Source of the DNA: Azolla caroliniana
Taxonomy: Eukaryota; Plantae; Polypodiophyta
NCBI GenBank assembly: GCA_043228905.1
Contig: JBHGNT010000011.1
Location: forward strand, 18,786,001 to 18,850,000
Reading direction: 5' to 3'
DNA: 64,000 bases
Shown piece by piece: positions 25,735 through 36,789 of the stretch. The notes beneath the pieces were generated by a model. That model was not told the origin of the DNA. It saw only the letters and a program-made list of their open reading frames with translations, and searched no databases. Every line of letters starts with the position of its first letter. Position 1 is the first letter of the stretch. The position numbers were made by a program, and so were the translations under genes.

Positions 25735-26541
25735 CGTTATCGTGAAGTTTCCGGCACATAGTGAGAAACCAGGAGATATCGGAAGAATCGGTAGGGCGCA
25801 CCATGTGCACTTACCCTTGTAAAAATGTGTGAATAATAGGAGTTAAGTCGGGACAGAGAATCCCATGTAAGTCGGGATTTATCCCACATTGTAACGCATC
25901 CCTCTCCTTGTTCTATAAAAGGAAGGGATGGTCCCTTGTAGAGGGGTTGCCCATTTTGAGTTAGGAGGGTATACCACTTAGGTCTAGGGTTTGGTAGAGT
26001 TCTTCCTCTTCATCTTATTCTTGTTCCCTTAGGGTTTGTACTTGGGTCTTCGCCCTATTTCGTTTAGGGTTTCGTCTTGGTTTTCTCCTTCTTCTTCTGC
26101 CCCTCTGTGTCTGTTTAGGATTTTGGCCCGGTGAAGAGCTTGTATGTTATGTGGGGGTTTACTTCTACTCAGCCTCCTGTGCAAGACCCCGCTCGGTGCG
26201 ACGAGCCCGAGAGCTCCCCCGACGACGGCTTGGCGGCAAACTACTGTTGTAATGTAACCTACCTTGGTCCGGCCCGAAGCCGGGATTGTATATTTTCCTG
26301 TAATATATATATATATATATATATATTCGTGTTTGTTTGTGCATATCGGTGTATTTGGTGGAGTCAGGAGCAGAGCCCCTTGTTTCCTGTGTATAAGAGT
26401 CGGTGTGGCGCACATGCTCTCTCTGTCTCTCGTGTTCGGTTGCTTCTGGGACGCGTCCGGAATCGTCTTCTCGGCATCCCTTCCTCTCTCGTCCGAGACC
26501 CCCGTGGTCCCGCCCCTTCTACACGCACGCGCGTAATAACG
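25735..26541. mobile_element. Putative solo LTR or unclassified 0.8-kb insertion in the host Copia integrase
   Basis: Interrupts the host peptide GYGPNG|EFKYRLWD. Termini CGTTAT...ATAACG are a 6-bp inverted repeat. TATA-like TATAAAA near 25914. TSD is only approximate (CTCAC vs CAACAC). Confidence 0.7.
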
Positions 26542-27184
26542 CAACACCATTTGGTCCATAACCAAGGAAAATGCATTTCCTAGACCTTGGAGTAGGTTTG
26601 CGGTGGTCGTCTTTTGGTATGAGGGCGTATGCCTCACACCCGAAAATCCTCAACTTGTCATAATTCGGCTTACTATCGGTCTATAATTCCTGAGGTATTC
26701 AAAGTCCTAGAGTCCTACTCGGTGACATATTGATTATGTGTGTTGTCGTAAGTAGGGCCTCTGCCCAGAAGCTATCCGACAATGCAGAGCGTTGGAGCAT
26801 GGATATTATCCGTTCTTGAATTATCTGATTCATCCACTCAGCAATTCCGTTCTACTCCGAACTATAGGGTGTCGTGTATTCACGTCTGATGTCGTGTTGT
26901 CGGCAAAATCTGATGAATTCTTCAGACTTGAACTCTCATTCGTTGTCGGTCTGAAGGCATTTCAACGTTCGATTGGATTGGTTCTCTACCCTAGCGAGCC
27001 ATTCGGAAAAGATCAAGAACACTCGATCTTTGGTTTTGATCAGATAAGCCCACACCTTGCGAGTCGAGACATCGATAAAGCTGACGATATGGCACCGCCG
27101 AGAGACTGATGTGGCATAGGAACACAGGCTTCCGAGTGGAACAAATCGAGTGGACTCGATTCTCTCGGTGTTGATGTAAGGTGT

Positions 27185-27510
27185 GATGCGGCTATCTGTT
27201 TGCCATACTGACAAAGCTTGCAGAACTGATGATTGGAGAAGGAGAGTTTGGGGATGTATCCGCCTCTAGATAGGTGCGTGATGCCAGCCTTGCTGAGGTG
27301 TCTGAGGTGCCCATGCCATAATGATGACATAGGAATATCAACCATAAAAATGATGCAGCTATATGTTTGCCATACTGGCAAAGCTCGCAAAACTGATGAT
27401 CGAAGAAGGAGAGTTTGGGGATGTATCCACCTCTAGATAGTTGTGTGATGCTAGCTTTGCTGAGGTGTCTGAGGTGCCCATGCCATAATGATGACATAGG
27501 AATATCAACC
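27185..27510. repeat. 167-bp tandem duplication of the GAG-pre-integrase segment
   Basis: VDIPMSSLWHGHLRHLSKA..YIPKLSF..HQFC.LCQYGK is encoded twice. Confidence 0.9.
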
Positions 27511-28850
27511 AGGAACAAGTCACCCTCTCTTAGTGTGACATATAACGGGTACAGAGAATGCACTTTCCATCCTCAAGCAAGCAGGAGGTTTCCCCTGTGA
27601 ATTGTCCACACTCCTGATGAGAAGTCAATGCGGATGTCATCTTTGTCCAATTGTCTGGCTGAGATCAAAGGTACGTGCCAGACATTGTGTAGTACTAATG
27701 TAGAGCCACTCAAGAGGTTGACCTCACTATGCCGATTCTGATTATAGCATTGTTGTGATGGATTCTGGCCATAGAGAGAAACAGAGCAAGATGCGTGTGA
27801 ACGGGTGTGTGCATGGATGCACACAAACTTAAGACTTTATGTACGAACGTATGTAAATAGCATAGTACTAGAAAGTGCTAGGAGGAGTAGGATTTAATGG
27901 GCACTTTAAGGCGCACACACATAGAGAGGAATACGAGGATTTGGTGTGGGGAAATTGAGGAGAGAATCAGGGAGGACAGAAAGCGGCAGTCTTTATCGGT
28001 GATGTAACGACCTTCCCCTTTGTTTTATAAAAAGGGGAAGTTTGGGACTGTATTGGGGATCCAGGATTTGGAGGACAAAGTGTTGTCGATTTGAGTGTCA
28101 AGCTCTTTCTCTCTCTCTCTCCCGTCTCTATGTGTCGTGCGATGTGCTGATTCGAGGAAGAAGTTGAAGCCTCTGCTCGTGTTGGAAGCCGTGTGCTCTC
28201 GACCTAAGGTTCGTCGTTCCATGCGTGTGTGGGTGTGTGCAGCTCGCAACTTTGTCGTTGGCTAAGTTCGATTGTAATCTCTTCTTCTCTGATAATCGTT
28301 AGTATTTTGCTGAGTCTTTCCTTGTGTAAAGACATTACCTTGTTGTTCCCTCTTGCTTCTGTCATGTGTGTCGAAATTCCGTGCTCGGCCACAACCGAGG
28401 AACTGGATCGATTCACAGAAAACGGGAAATACAACAATGCACGAAAACAATAGAGAGAAGGGTACACTGGATGTTTTACGTGGAAAACCGTAGACGGGAA
28501 AAACCACGGGAGTACAAGACTCCAAACCAAACACTATACAGAGAAGTATACAATGGCGAGCTGCAAGGCGACGACCTTGAGCTCGCTGTCCTCGCCACAG
28601 GCGGCGGAAATACACAGAGGCGTCTACCTCTTCGTCTCTCGCGCTCTATCTCTCTCTCTCTCTCACGGCTACTCTCTCTTCACTCCCCTTGAGTGGAAAA
28701 ACAGAAAAATAAGCCGCATAAACTGTTTGCCCTAAGTCATATTTATACACATATGACTTTCGGGCTATTTACAAATATAGCCTCAAGGGCTCTTGGCAAA
28801 CATATTCACAAATATGTCCCCGCATCCGGATCTCCCTCCGGGTACATTCG

Positions 28851-29037
28851 TCATCCGGCTCCGTAACCGGGGTCTTCAGCATCCGGCTCCGTAGCCGGGG
28901 TATTCATCATCCGGCTCCGTAGCCGGGGTCTTCATCATCCGGCACCGTAGCCGGGGTCTTCATCATCCGGCTCCGTAGCCGGGGTCTTCATCATCCGGCA
29001 CCGTAGCCGGGGTCTTCATCATCCGGCACCGTAACCG
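28851..29037. repeat. 28-bp tandem array (6 full plus 1 partial) in U3 of the 3' LTR
   Basis: Unit tcatccggcWccgtaRccggggtcttca. Confidence 0.95.
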
Positions 29038-29108
29038 CAACCGGGCTTGCCGTCATTCATCTCCGGACATCCCATCCGGAGGGACCGAAATCCCAACAAA
29101 CTCCCCCT

Positions 29109-32100
29109 TCACTTCGGCATGGGATGTCTCTCCAATCCGACCCTCTTCCGGCACGCTTCCAGCTTGTCGGGTGTGAGCACTTTGGTCAGCATATCTGACC
29201 CGTTCTCTTCCGTGTGGATCTTCGTCAGCATGAACTCCTGGTCTTCTATCCTTTCCCGGATCCAGTGATATCTTCGCTGGATGTGCTTCGTCCGGGAGTG
29301 ATAGGCCGCGTTCTTCGCAAGGTGGATGGCACTCTGACTGTCGCAGTAGAGTCGGTACTCCTCTTGCCGGATACCGAGCTCTCTAATGAAGTCCTTCATC
29401 CATATTATTTCCTTGCCGGCTTCAACAGCCGCCATGTACTCCGCCTCCGTGGTTGACAACGCAACCGTCTTCTGCAGCCTCGACTGCCACGAAACAGCTC
29501 CCCCTGCATACGTCATCACATACCCTGATGTGGACCGGCTGGTATCTTCATCAGCCGACATATCCGAATCGGTAAAGCCGTCGAGTTCGGGCTTACCGGA
29601 GCCGAATCGGAGGCACACGTTTGCCGTGCCCTTCAGGTATCGGAGTATCCACTTGACCGCGTTCCAGTGGTCTTTGCCGGGATTGCTCATGTACCGGCTC
29701 ACCACTCCGACTGCGTATCCTATGTCCGGTCTTGTACACACCATTGCGTACATCAAGCTTCCGACGGCAGAGGCATATGGTACTTTCATCATGTCCTCCT
29801 TCTCAGCCTTTGTCTTGGGGCTCTGCTTGCTGGACAACTTGCAGTTTGCCGGGAGGGTTGACCCGACCGGTCTTGCTTCCGACATGTTGAACCGGTGAAG
29901 CACCTTTGTCACGTACTTCTCCTGTGACAGCCACAACTGCTTCTTCTTCCGGTCCCGGATGATGTGCATCCCTAGTATTTGCCTCGCCGGACCCAGGTCC
30001 TTCATTGAGAAGGTTCGGTGAAGAGCCTTCTTCAGCATCCGTATCTTGACCTGGTCCCGTCCGACGATCAACATGTCGTCCACGTATAGGAGGAGTATTA
30101 GAAAGTCTCCTCCTTCGAACTTCTTCACAAACACGCAGTGATCGGACTGCGTTTTGTGGTACCCTTCGTCGGTCATGAAGGAGTCGAACTTCCGGTACCA
30201 TTGCCGGGGAGCCTGCTTCAGTCCGTAAAGGCTCTTCTTCAACCGGCATACCAGGTGCTCCTTCCCTTTCTTCTCGAATCCTTCCGGTTGCTGCATGTAG
30301 ATCTCTTCTTCGAGGTCACCGTGAAGGAATGCTGTCTTCACGTCCATCTGTTCTACCTCGAGGTCCATGCTTGCCGCTATGCTCAGCACCGTCCGGATGG
30401 AGGTCATCTTCACTACCGGGGCAAATATCTCGTCGAAGTCGACGCCCTTCTTCTGCTGAAACCCCTTCACCACGATCCTGGCTTTGTATCTCGGGGGGTT
30501 TCCGGCATCTCCCGGTTTCAGCTTGAACACCCACTTGTTTCGAAGTGCCCGCTTTCCTTTCGGCAACTCCACAAGTTCATATGTGTGGTTCTCATGCAGG
30601 GAATCCATCTCGTCCTGCATGGCACTCAACCACCTGCGGCTCTGGGTGTCATGCTTTGCTTCTTCAAAGCTCTCCGGCTCCCCCTCGTCGGTTAGCAGCA
30701 CGTGCTCTGGTTCCGGAAATCTCCGGGGGGCCCTTCTCTCTCTTAGAGGATATCTCCGTTCCGGAGCTTCGGTAACCGGTTCTTCCGATTCTTCTTCATC
30801 CGAATCCATTTCGGGATCGGGGCCGGTTCCGGTATCATTTTCATCTTCTTCGGCCGGTTCTGTTTCTTCACCGTCTTCGGCCGGATCCTCGAGAGCTAAC
30901 CGGTCCCTTGCCGGTCGGGACTGCTCCTCGTAGAGTTGATCCTCACCGGTCGACTTGGAGCTCTTCATCTTCTTCTCCGACTCCCAGTCGGCGAGTGTCT
31001 TGTTCTCCATGAAGATGATATCTCGACTCCTGAATATCTTCTTGTCGACCGGGTCCCATACTCGGTAGCCGAACTCGTCGTCGCCGTAACCGAGGAATAT
31101 GCATGGCCGGGTCTTTGGATCTAGCTTTCCTCTCCGGTCCTTTGCCACATGCACGTATGCGAGACACCCGAACACCTTCAGATGCCGGTAGGACACTTCC
31201 TTACCGGTCCACACTTTCTGCGGCGTGTCTCCGTCCAAAGGTACTGAGGGTGATCTATTTATCACATACGTCGCCGTCGACATTGCCTCAGCCCAAAACC
31301 CCTTGGGTAATTTCGCATGCGCCAGCATACTCCGGACCCTCTCCATTATGGTCCGGTTCATCCTCTCGGCCAGCCCGTTCAGTTCCGGCGTCTTCGGCAC
31401 AGTAAACTCGAGCCGGATCCCCTTCGAGCGACAGTACTCCTGGAACTGCCCCCGGTATTCCCCTCCGTTATCCGCTCGTATCGCTTTCAGCTTCTTGCCG
31501 GATTCTCTTTCCACTCTCGCGTGGAGTTCTTTGAAGACGGACAACACTTGGTCCTTTGTCTTCATCGGTGCCGTCCACAGTCTTCGGCTATGATCATCTA
31601 TGAATGTTACGAAGTACTGGGCTCCGCCATGTGACTTCGTTTCTACCTGACACACATCGGTGTGCACCAACTCCAATGGTGCGCTACGTCTCGTCGGTGG
31701 CCTTGAGTGGAAGGAGGTTCGGTTCTGCTTACCGGCCAGGCAATCGGTGCACTTTTCCAGGTGCACATGCTTCACTGGGATAAGGTTGTCTTCTGCAAGC
31801 CTCTTCATCCCCTTCTCACTCATGTGGCACAGTCTTTTGTGCCACAGCTCACCGGCAGTGTCAGCTGCCACATTCAGCTCTTCCGGACATAGCCGGGAGT
31901 TCATCAGGTACAGTGTGTTGACCTTCCGGGCCCGAGCCACTATCAGGCTCCCCTTGCTGAACTTCATGACACCGTTCCGGATGCTACCCGTGTAGCCTTC
32001 ATCATCTAGCCTCCCGGCCGAGATCAGGTTCAATCGGACTTCCGGAACGTGTCGCACATCCTTCAGCAGCATCTTGCATCCGGTTGATGTCATCAGCCAC

Positions 32101-33182
32101 ACGTCTCCTATGCCGGCAATCCGGCATGTGCCTTCATTTCCCATCCGGACACAGCCATGCTCACCGGCTGTGTAGGATGAGAAGTATTTCTTCTCCGGGG
32201 TCAGGTGGAACGACGCTCCAGAATCGACCACCCAGGTCATCTCTACACCGGCAAGGTTCAGCTCCCTCTCTTCGGTAATGAGCATTATCTCTTCTTCACT
32301 TGCCGCGAGTGCCGTCGTTCCTTTCCGGTCCTGCCCTCGCCGATCCGGACCTCTCCGGTCCGTGGCTCCCCGGTATGCACCGTTTCTCTCCGGTGACTTC
32401 TTCGAATCGGTGTCGTCGGCTCCGTTGTCCTTTCGGTAATGCCGACAATTCTTCTGGAAGTGCCCCGGCTTCCCACAGTGGAAGCATGTGGGCCTTCCTC
32501 TTGACTGCGACCGGGTCCCCGACTTCTCCCGTCTTTGCGGACTCCGGTTCCATTGTCTTCCCCGATCCGATTCGGTAAGCAGCGCCTTCGAGTCGGAGGC
32601 CGGTTCTTTATCTCTCCGACGCGCTTCTTCGTTCAAAATGCTTGTCTTTACCGTTTGTAGAGACAAGTTATCTTCGGTGCAGGAGGTGCTGAGAGTCACC
32701 ACCAAGTTCTCCCAGCTTTCCGGCAATGTACACATCAGAATGATGGCTTGCATTGCATCCTCCAACGGGAACTTGATCGCCGCAAGCTGGTTCACGAATC
32801 CCATGAACGTGCTTACGTGTTCCACCATACTCTCGCCGTCCCGATACTTGAGGTTCACTATCTTTCTCATCAGGGAGGTTCGGTTCAACGCATTCTTCCT
32901 CTCGTAGAGGCCCGACAGCTTCCTCCACATCTCATATGCGTTGGTGTTGTTCGCCACGTGTTGTAGAACGCTCACGTCGACGTATTGCCGAATGGTTGCA
33001 ACGGCTTTCCGGTTCAGAAGCCTCCACTCCGTCTCAAGTACCCCCTTGGGTATTTCCGACCTGTCGATCGGTTCATACAGGTCCCGAACAATGAGCAGAT
33101 CCTCCATCTTTATCTTCCAGTCGGCGTAGTTCTGCGCATTCAGCACCATCATCCCCGGCTGCCCGCTGCTGCCGCCTTCCAT
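29109..33182 (-). CDS. Copia gag-pol polyprotein, 1357 aa, uninterrupted
   Basis: Gag, zinc knuckle CFHCGKPGHFQKNC, protease WVVDSGAS, integrase (VHTDVC, RADNGGEY, NGLAERMNRT), RT LYVDDML and RNase H, in Copia order PR-INT-RT-RH. The first ATG after the PBS is at 33182. Confidence 0.97.
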   Translation of the reverse strand: MEGGSSGQPGMMVLNAQNYADWKIKMEDLLIVRDLYEPIDRSEIPKGVLETEWRLLNRKAVATIRQYVDVSVLQHVANNTNAYEMWRKLSGLYERKNALNRTSLMRKIVNLKYRDGESMVEHVSTFMGFVNQLAAIKFPLEDAMQAIILMCTLPESWENLVVTLSTSCTEDNLSLQTVKTSILNEEARRRDKEPASDSKALLTESDRGRQWNRSPQRREKSGTRSQSRGRPTCFHCGKPGHFQKNCRHYRKDNGADDTDSKKSPERNGAYRGATDRRGPDRRGQDRKGTTALAASEEEIMLITEERELNLAGVEMTWVVDSGASFHLTPEKKYFSSYTAGEHGCVRMGNEGTCRIAGIGDVWLMTSTGCKMLLKDVRHVPEVRLNLISAGRLDDEGYTGSIRNGVMKFSKGSLIVARARKVNTLYLMNSRLCPEELNVAADTAGELWHKRLCHMSEKGMKRLAEDNLIPVKHVHLEKCTDCLAGKQNRTSFHSRPPTRRSAPLELVHTDVCQVETKSHGGAQYFVTFIDDHSRRLWTAPMKTKDQVLSVFKELHARVERESGKKLKAIRADNGGEYRGQFQEYCRSKGIRLEFTVPKTPELNGLAERMNRTIMERVRSMLAHAKLPKGFWAEAMSTATYVINRSPSVPLDGDTPQKVWTGKEVSYRHLKVFGCLAYVHVAKDRRGKLDPKTRPCIFLGYGDDEFGYRVWDPVDKKIFRSRDIIFMENKTLADWESEKKMKSSKSTGEDQLYEEQSRPARDRLALEDPAEDGEETEPAEEDENDTGTGPDPEMDSDEEESEEPVTEAPERRYPLRERRAPRRFPEPEHVLLTDEGEPESFEEAKHDTQSRRWLSAMQDEMDSLHENHTYELVELPKGKRALRNKWVFKLKPGDAGNPPRYKARIVVKGFQQKKGVDFDEIFAPVVKMTSIRTVLSIAASMDLEVEQMDVKTAFLHGDLEEEIYMQQPEGFEKKGKEHLVCRLKKSLYGLKQAPRQWYRKFDSFMTDEGYHKTQSDHCVFVKKFEGGDFLILLLYVDDMLIVGRDQVKIRMLKKALHRTFSMKDLGPARQILGMHIIRDRKKKQLWLSQEKYVTKVLHRFNMSEARPVGSTLPANCKLSSKQSPKTKAEKEDMMKVPYASAVGSLMYAMVCTRPDIGYAVGVVSRYMSNPGKDHWNAVKWILRYLKGTANVCLRFGSGKPELDGFTDSDMSADEDTSRSTSGYVMTYAGGAVSWQSRLQKTVALSTTEAEYMAAVEAGKEIIWMKDFIRELGIRQEEYRLYCDSQSAIHLAKNAAYHSRTKHIQRRYHWIRERIEDQEFMLTKIHTEENGSDMLTKVLTPDKLEACRKRVGLERHPMPK

Positions 33183-33695
33183 TTTCTGTGTTACCGTCGC
33201 TCTGATACCACTTTGTCGAAATTCCGTGCTCGGCCACAACCGAGGAACTGGATCGATTCACAGAAAACGGGAAATACAACAATGCACGAAAACAATAGAG
33301 AGAAGGGTACACTGGATGTTTTACGTGGAAAACCGTAGACGGGAAAAACCACGGGAGTACAAGACTCCAAACCAAACACTATACAGAGAAGTATACAATG
33401 GCGAGCTGCAAGGCGACGACCTTGAGCTCGCTGTCCTCGCCACAGGCGGCGGAAATACACAGAGGCGTCTACCTCTTCGTCTCTCGCGCTCTATCTCTCT
33501 CTCTCTCTCACGGCTACTCTCTCTTCACTCCCCTTGAGTGGAAAAACAGAAAAATAAGCCGCATAAACTGTTTGCCCTAAGTCATATTTATACACATATG
33601 ACTTTCGGGCTATTTACAAATATAGCCTCAAGGGCTCTTGGCAAACATATTCACAAATATGTCCCCGCATCCGGATCTCCCTCCGGGTACATTCG

Positions 33696-33910
33696 TCATC
33701 CGGCTCCGTAACCGGGGTCTTCAGCATCCGGCTCCGTAGCCGGGGTATTCATCATCCGGCTCCGTAGCCGGGGTCTTCATCATCCGGCACCGTAGCCGGG
33801 GTCTTCATCATCCGGCTCCGTAGCCGGGGTCTTCATCATCCGGCACCGTAACCGGGGTCTTCATCATCCGGCTCCGTAGCCGGGGTCTTCATCATCCGGC
33901 ACCGTAACCG
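33696..33910. repeat. 28-bp tandem array (7 full plus 1 partial) in U3 of the 5' LTR
   Basis: Same unit with one extra copy, which accounts for the 28-bp LTR length difference. Confidence 0.95.
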
Positions 33911-34059
33911 CAACCGGGCTTGCCGTCATTCATCTCCGGACATCCCATCCGGAGGGACCGAAATCCCAACAATGTGTGCGTCCATGTTTGCATGCCCGTG
34001 GGCCTATCATTGTTCTTCGGCATCCTACCGGGAATAGTTCACTCCTTCAGTCCTGTGTG

Positions 34060-35700
34060 CTAACCAGCCGATATCCTGGAATCGTTCCGGATCGGGCATG
34101 CAACTGGAAACCGATCCGGTGAAGCCATCTGGACTCCGACCCGATCCTTCCAACTCCCACTGGCTCCTTGGTCTGAGACCCTTGTGGTCCCACCCCATTC
34201 TAACACGTCCCCGCGGAATACTGGGACAACGTGATTTGCGGTCGTGGCGTTGACGAGGGTGTCAAACCTTGCAAAGAGGTTAGCAATCACATCTGCGAGC
34301 TGTGTTTCTACCATTTGGTGTTATTTGGTGAGGCATACATACTCGGCGGAGAGTTCAGTGTGGGCTTGCGTAGCTTGTTCTTGGCTGTGTTACCACGTTG
34401 TCTACGCTCAGTGGAACTCTTCATCAAGTTGGTGGTGTCGGGTTTGTTCAACGAGTAATTTTGCCTTGAGGGGGTCTTGATCTCCATATTGTCGATGTGA
34501 GGTGGGTTGGGGCAAGCAATCTTACGAGGTCGGCGAGTGTGGGGTTCTTTAGGTTGCGGAGTGTCGTCAATAAGCATGGGAGGTGGTGGGTGGATGGTTG
34601 TGCAAGGTGAGGGTGTCGAGGTTTCATCAAGAAGAGAGATAGTCAAAGGTGGAAGAGGTAAGTCCACCAGGTCCTGAGGGTTGTTGAGGATTGTTTCAGT
34701 GGTGCAATTTCGAGCACGAGGGGTCATGGTAGTGATGTGATGGGACACATAATAGAATGTCGAACACAATTCCTGGATCTCTGTTGAGGTGAATTCATAT
34801 GTCTGGAATTGTTTCGTGCACTCAGTGATATCCTCAGCAATGTCCAGGGTATTCTTAGCCACCACGTGGGTGATTTGTGGTTGCTTATGTGCTGGTGGGC
34901 GGTTGCATTGGCCTTGGTGGACTTGTCTTAAGAAGTTGCATTCCCAAATGCGCAGGCACTCGGTCTGGCCCTGTATGGTTACCTTGTAGCATCGCTCCTG
35001 GTAGCGTATATAAGGGGGGTTGGAGGGCCAATATTGAACTTTGCGTACAGATAGTGAGTGAGGAACCACACGAAATTGGCTACCGATTTGGGTCGTATTT
35101 GCCATTCCTTGACTCGTTGAACGAACTTGGGGGCCCACTGAACCGAGCGAGGAGTGTGGGCCCACTTGATGAATTCGCCGGTGACACGGGAGATGGCATC
35201 AGTGGAGGCAGTGTCACCGATCATGGTGCTACAACGTTCGTGGAGGTGAGGGGGAATTTTCATGAAATGCCAACCTTCCCATCCAGAGTACTTGGTGTAG
35301 GCTACAAGTATGATATCGGGAACGACGTCGGGGGACTTTGTTGTTTGGAAGGGGGCACCATCAATTGGCAAGTGGAGCGTGACATAGACGTCGACCGCGG
35401 TGAACTGGAACTCAATAGGCTAGCATACGTGAAGGCTTGCATGCAAATGTGGCAATGTCAGGGTTGTACCCTATCAGGAACCAGTTAACCAGTTCAGGGA
35501 GTATGACCCAAAGGCCAATCCCGAGGAAAAACTTGAGGCCAGATAATAGAATGTCGAACACACTTCCTAGATCTCTACTAAGGTGAATTCGCGTGTATGG
35601 AATTTTTTTGTGCACTCAATGATATCCCCGACAACGACGTCAAATAAATGTGTAGGATCTATGTATCGATGGAGTTAAACCCTCCTCGATGTCATTTGCG
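34060..35700 (-). pseudogene. Unclassified degenerate coding region, probably TE-derived, with an internally duplicated peptide block
   Basis: Overlapping minus-strand ORF fragments broken by stops and frameshifts. A roughly 100-bp block at about 34745-34850 recurs at about 35545-35640. Confidence 0.4.
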
Positions 35701-35750
35701 GAGCTCGGACCGTCGTACACATTTTTTATGGCGAATCAGGCAGAGATGGT

Positions 35751-36026
35751 TGTGGGACACCTTCGAGCCTCACACTCAATTAATGATTAAGTGATTATTA
35801 AGCACAATCTCTCTCTCACTCTCTCAAGTTCGCTCTCATAGACAATAAGAGTAATGAATAACTGAACACTTCATTAATCTCTCTTAAGTTGAAGGGATAC
35901 AAGAAGGAGGAGAGGAAGCTCTAGTTCTTAATCAATAGGAATACCTTTACAAAATGGAAGAACCCTTACAAAGCCACCACAATGTGGTTTATATAGTATT
36001 TACATTTAGGGTATGGCCCTTTCACA
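35751..36026. mobile_element. Possible short solo LTR
   Basis: TGTGG...TCACA termini and LTR-like composition, but no convincing TSD. Confidence 0.35.
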
Positions 36027-36789
36027 CTTGGTTGTCCATTAGCCACTTTTCCTCTTGCCATTTCCTCTTCATAGTTCCTTTGACCGTACTACATCCTTGT
36101 TGGTGCACTCTTCTTCATAACCAATCGTGGTGCAATCCAAACGCTAACAATGTGCAAACCCTAAAACTTCCTAACTACTACCATGATGACCAAACAAACC
36201 CTGAAACGAAATAGGGAGAAGACAGAGAAGACTACCCAAACCCTAAAGAAGAAGGAATAGAAGAAGAAAGTATCAAACCCTAATGGTCTACCCCAAAACA
36301 ACAACATGGTGACCCCTAATAAGAGCCCCATCTTCTCCTTTTATAGTCTAAGGAGGGAAGGTTGTTACCAAAGTGTGGTCAAATATTCCTCTCTTTTTCA
36401 AAGGAGATAACTTGCCTTGATTTAAGGAGTAATTGATGAGGTACATTAAAACCCCTCTCACTTTCACACTCACCCCACTACCCTCTACATATGCATGTGC
36501 ACTAATGTACACATCACATTTATTCCACACTAACTCCTTTGTGCACTTCAACACCCATTATTTTTATTTATAATTTTCTTATGTGCATGTGCAAGTCGTT
36601 GCACATCCCCGTTCTCGCCTGTTCCACTCGATTTTCCTACCGTTGCCGGAAATCTTCACAACGTATCTACCAAAGCATTGCTAAGTACAATACGACATGT
36701 TTTTCTAGCAATCTCTTGTCAATGATCTCCTCATGAACTCCCTTTCCGTTATCAACTGCTTATACATGGCCACATGCCTCGTGTCAATA

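Larger units (their letters stand above)
20806..27750 (-). mobile_element. Old degenerate Ty1/Copia element that hosts nested insertions
   Basis: 3' LTR 20806-21146 (TGTTA...TGACA) with an adjacent purine tract on the minus strand. Coding remnants: RNase H (GYTDSDFAGCVDSRKSTTGY), RT (LYGLKQAPRQWY, YMNDM), integrase (LRIFGCEAY, KCIFLGY) and GAG-pre-integrase (LWHGHLRHLS). No 5' LTR or gag was found. Confidence 0.9.
28369..33971 (-). mobile_element. Intact, very young Ty1/Copia LTR retrotransposon (Tnt1/Tork-like)
   Basis: LTRs 28369-29098 (730 bp) and 33214-33971 (758 bp), both TG...CA. Perfect TSD ATGTG at 28364-28368 and 33972-33976. PBS TGGTATCAGAGC (iMet tRNA) at 33199-33210. PPT GAAGGGGGAG beside the 3' LTR. 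Confidence 0.98.
27751..34009. mobile_element. Putative LTR of another family, split into 27751-28368 and 33972-34009 by the young Copia
   Basis: The host Copia coding sequence breaks abruptly near 27750. TG...TATCA-like termini, TATAAAA near 28026 and a CT tract. The two parts are joined by TSD ATGTG. Outer boundaries are uncertain. Confidence 0.5.

Noticed and set aside
28851-29037. Palindromic 28-bp repeats as a CRISPR array
   Set aside because: Units are head-to-tail with no unique spacers, lie inside Copia LTRs, and there are no cas genes.
29214-33129. Many antisense and alternative-frame ORFs over the Copia polyprotein
   Set aside because: Shadow ORFs of GC-rich coding sequence with no independent motifs.
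34877-35488. 203-aa plus-strand ORF
   Set aside because: No recognisable motifs; the duplicated peptide block reads more coherently on the minus strand.
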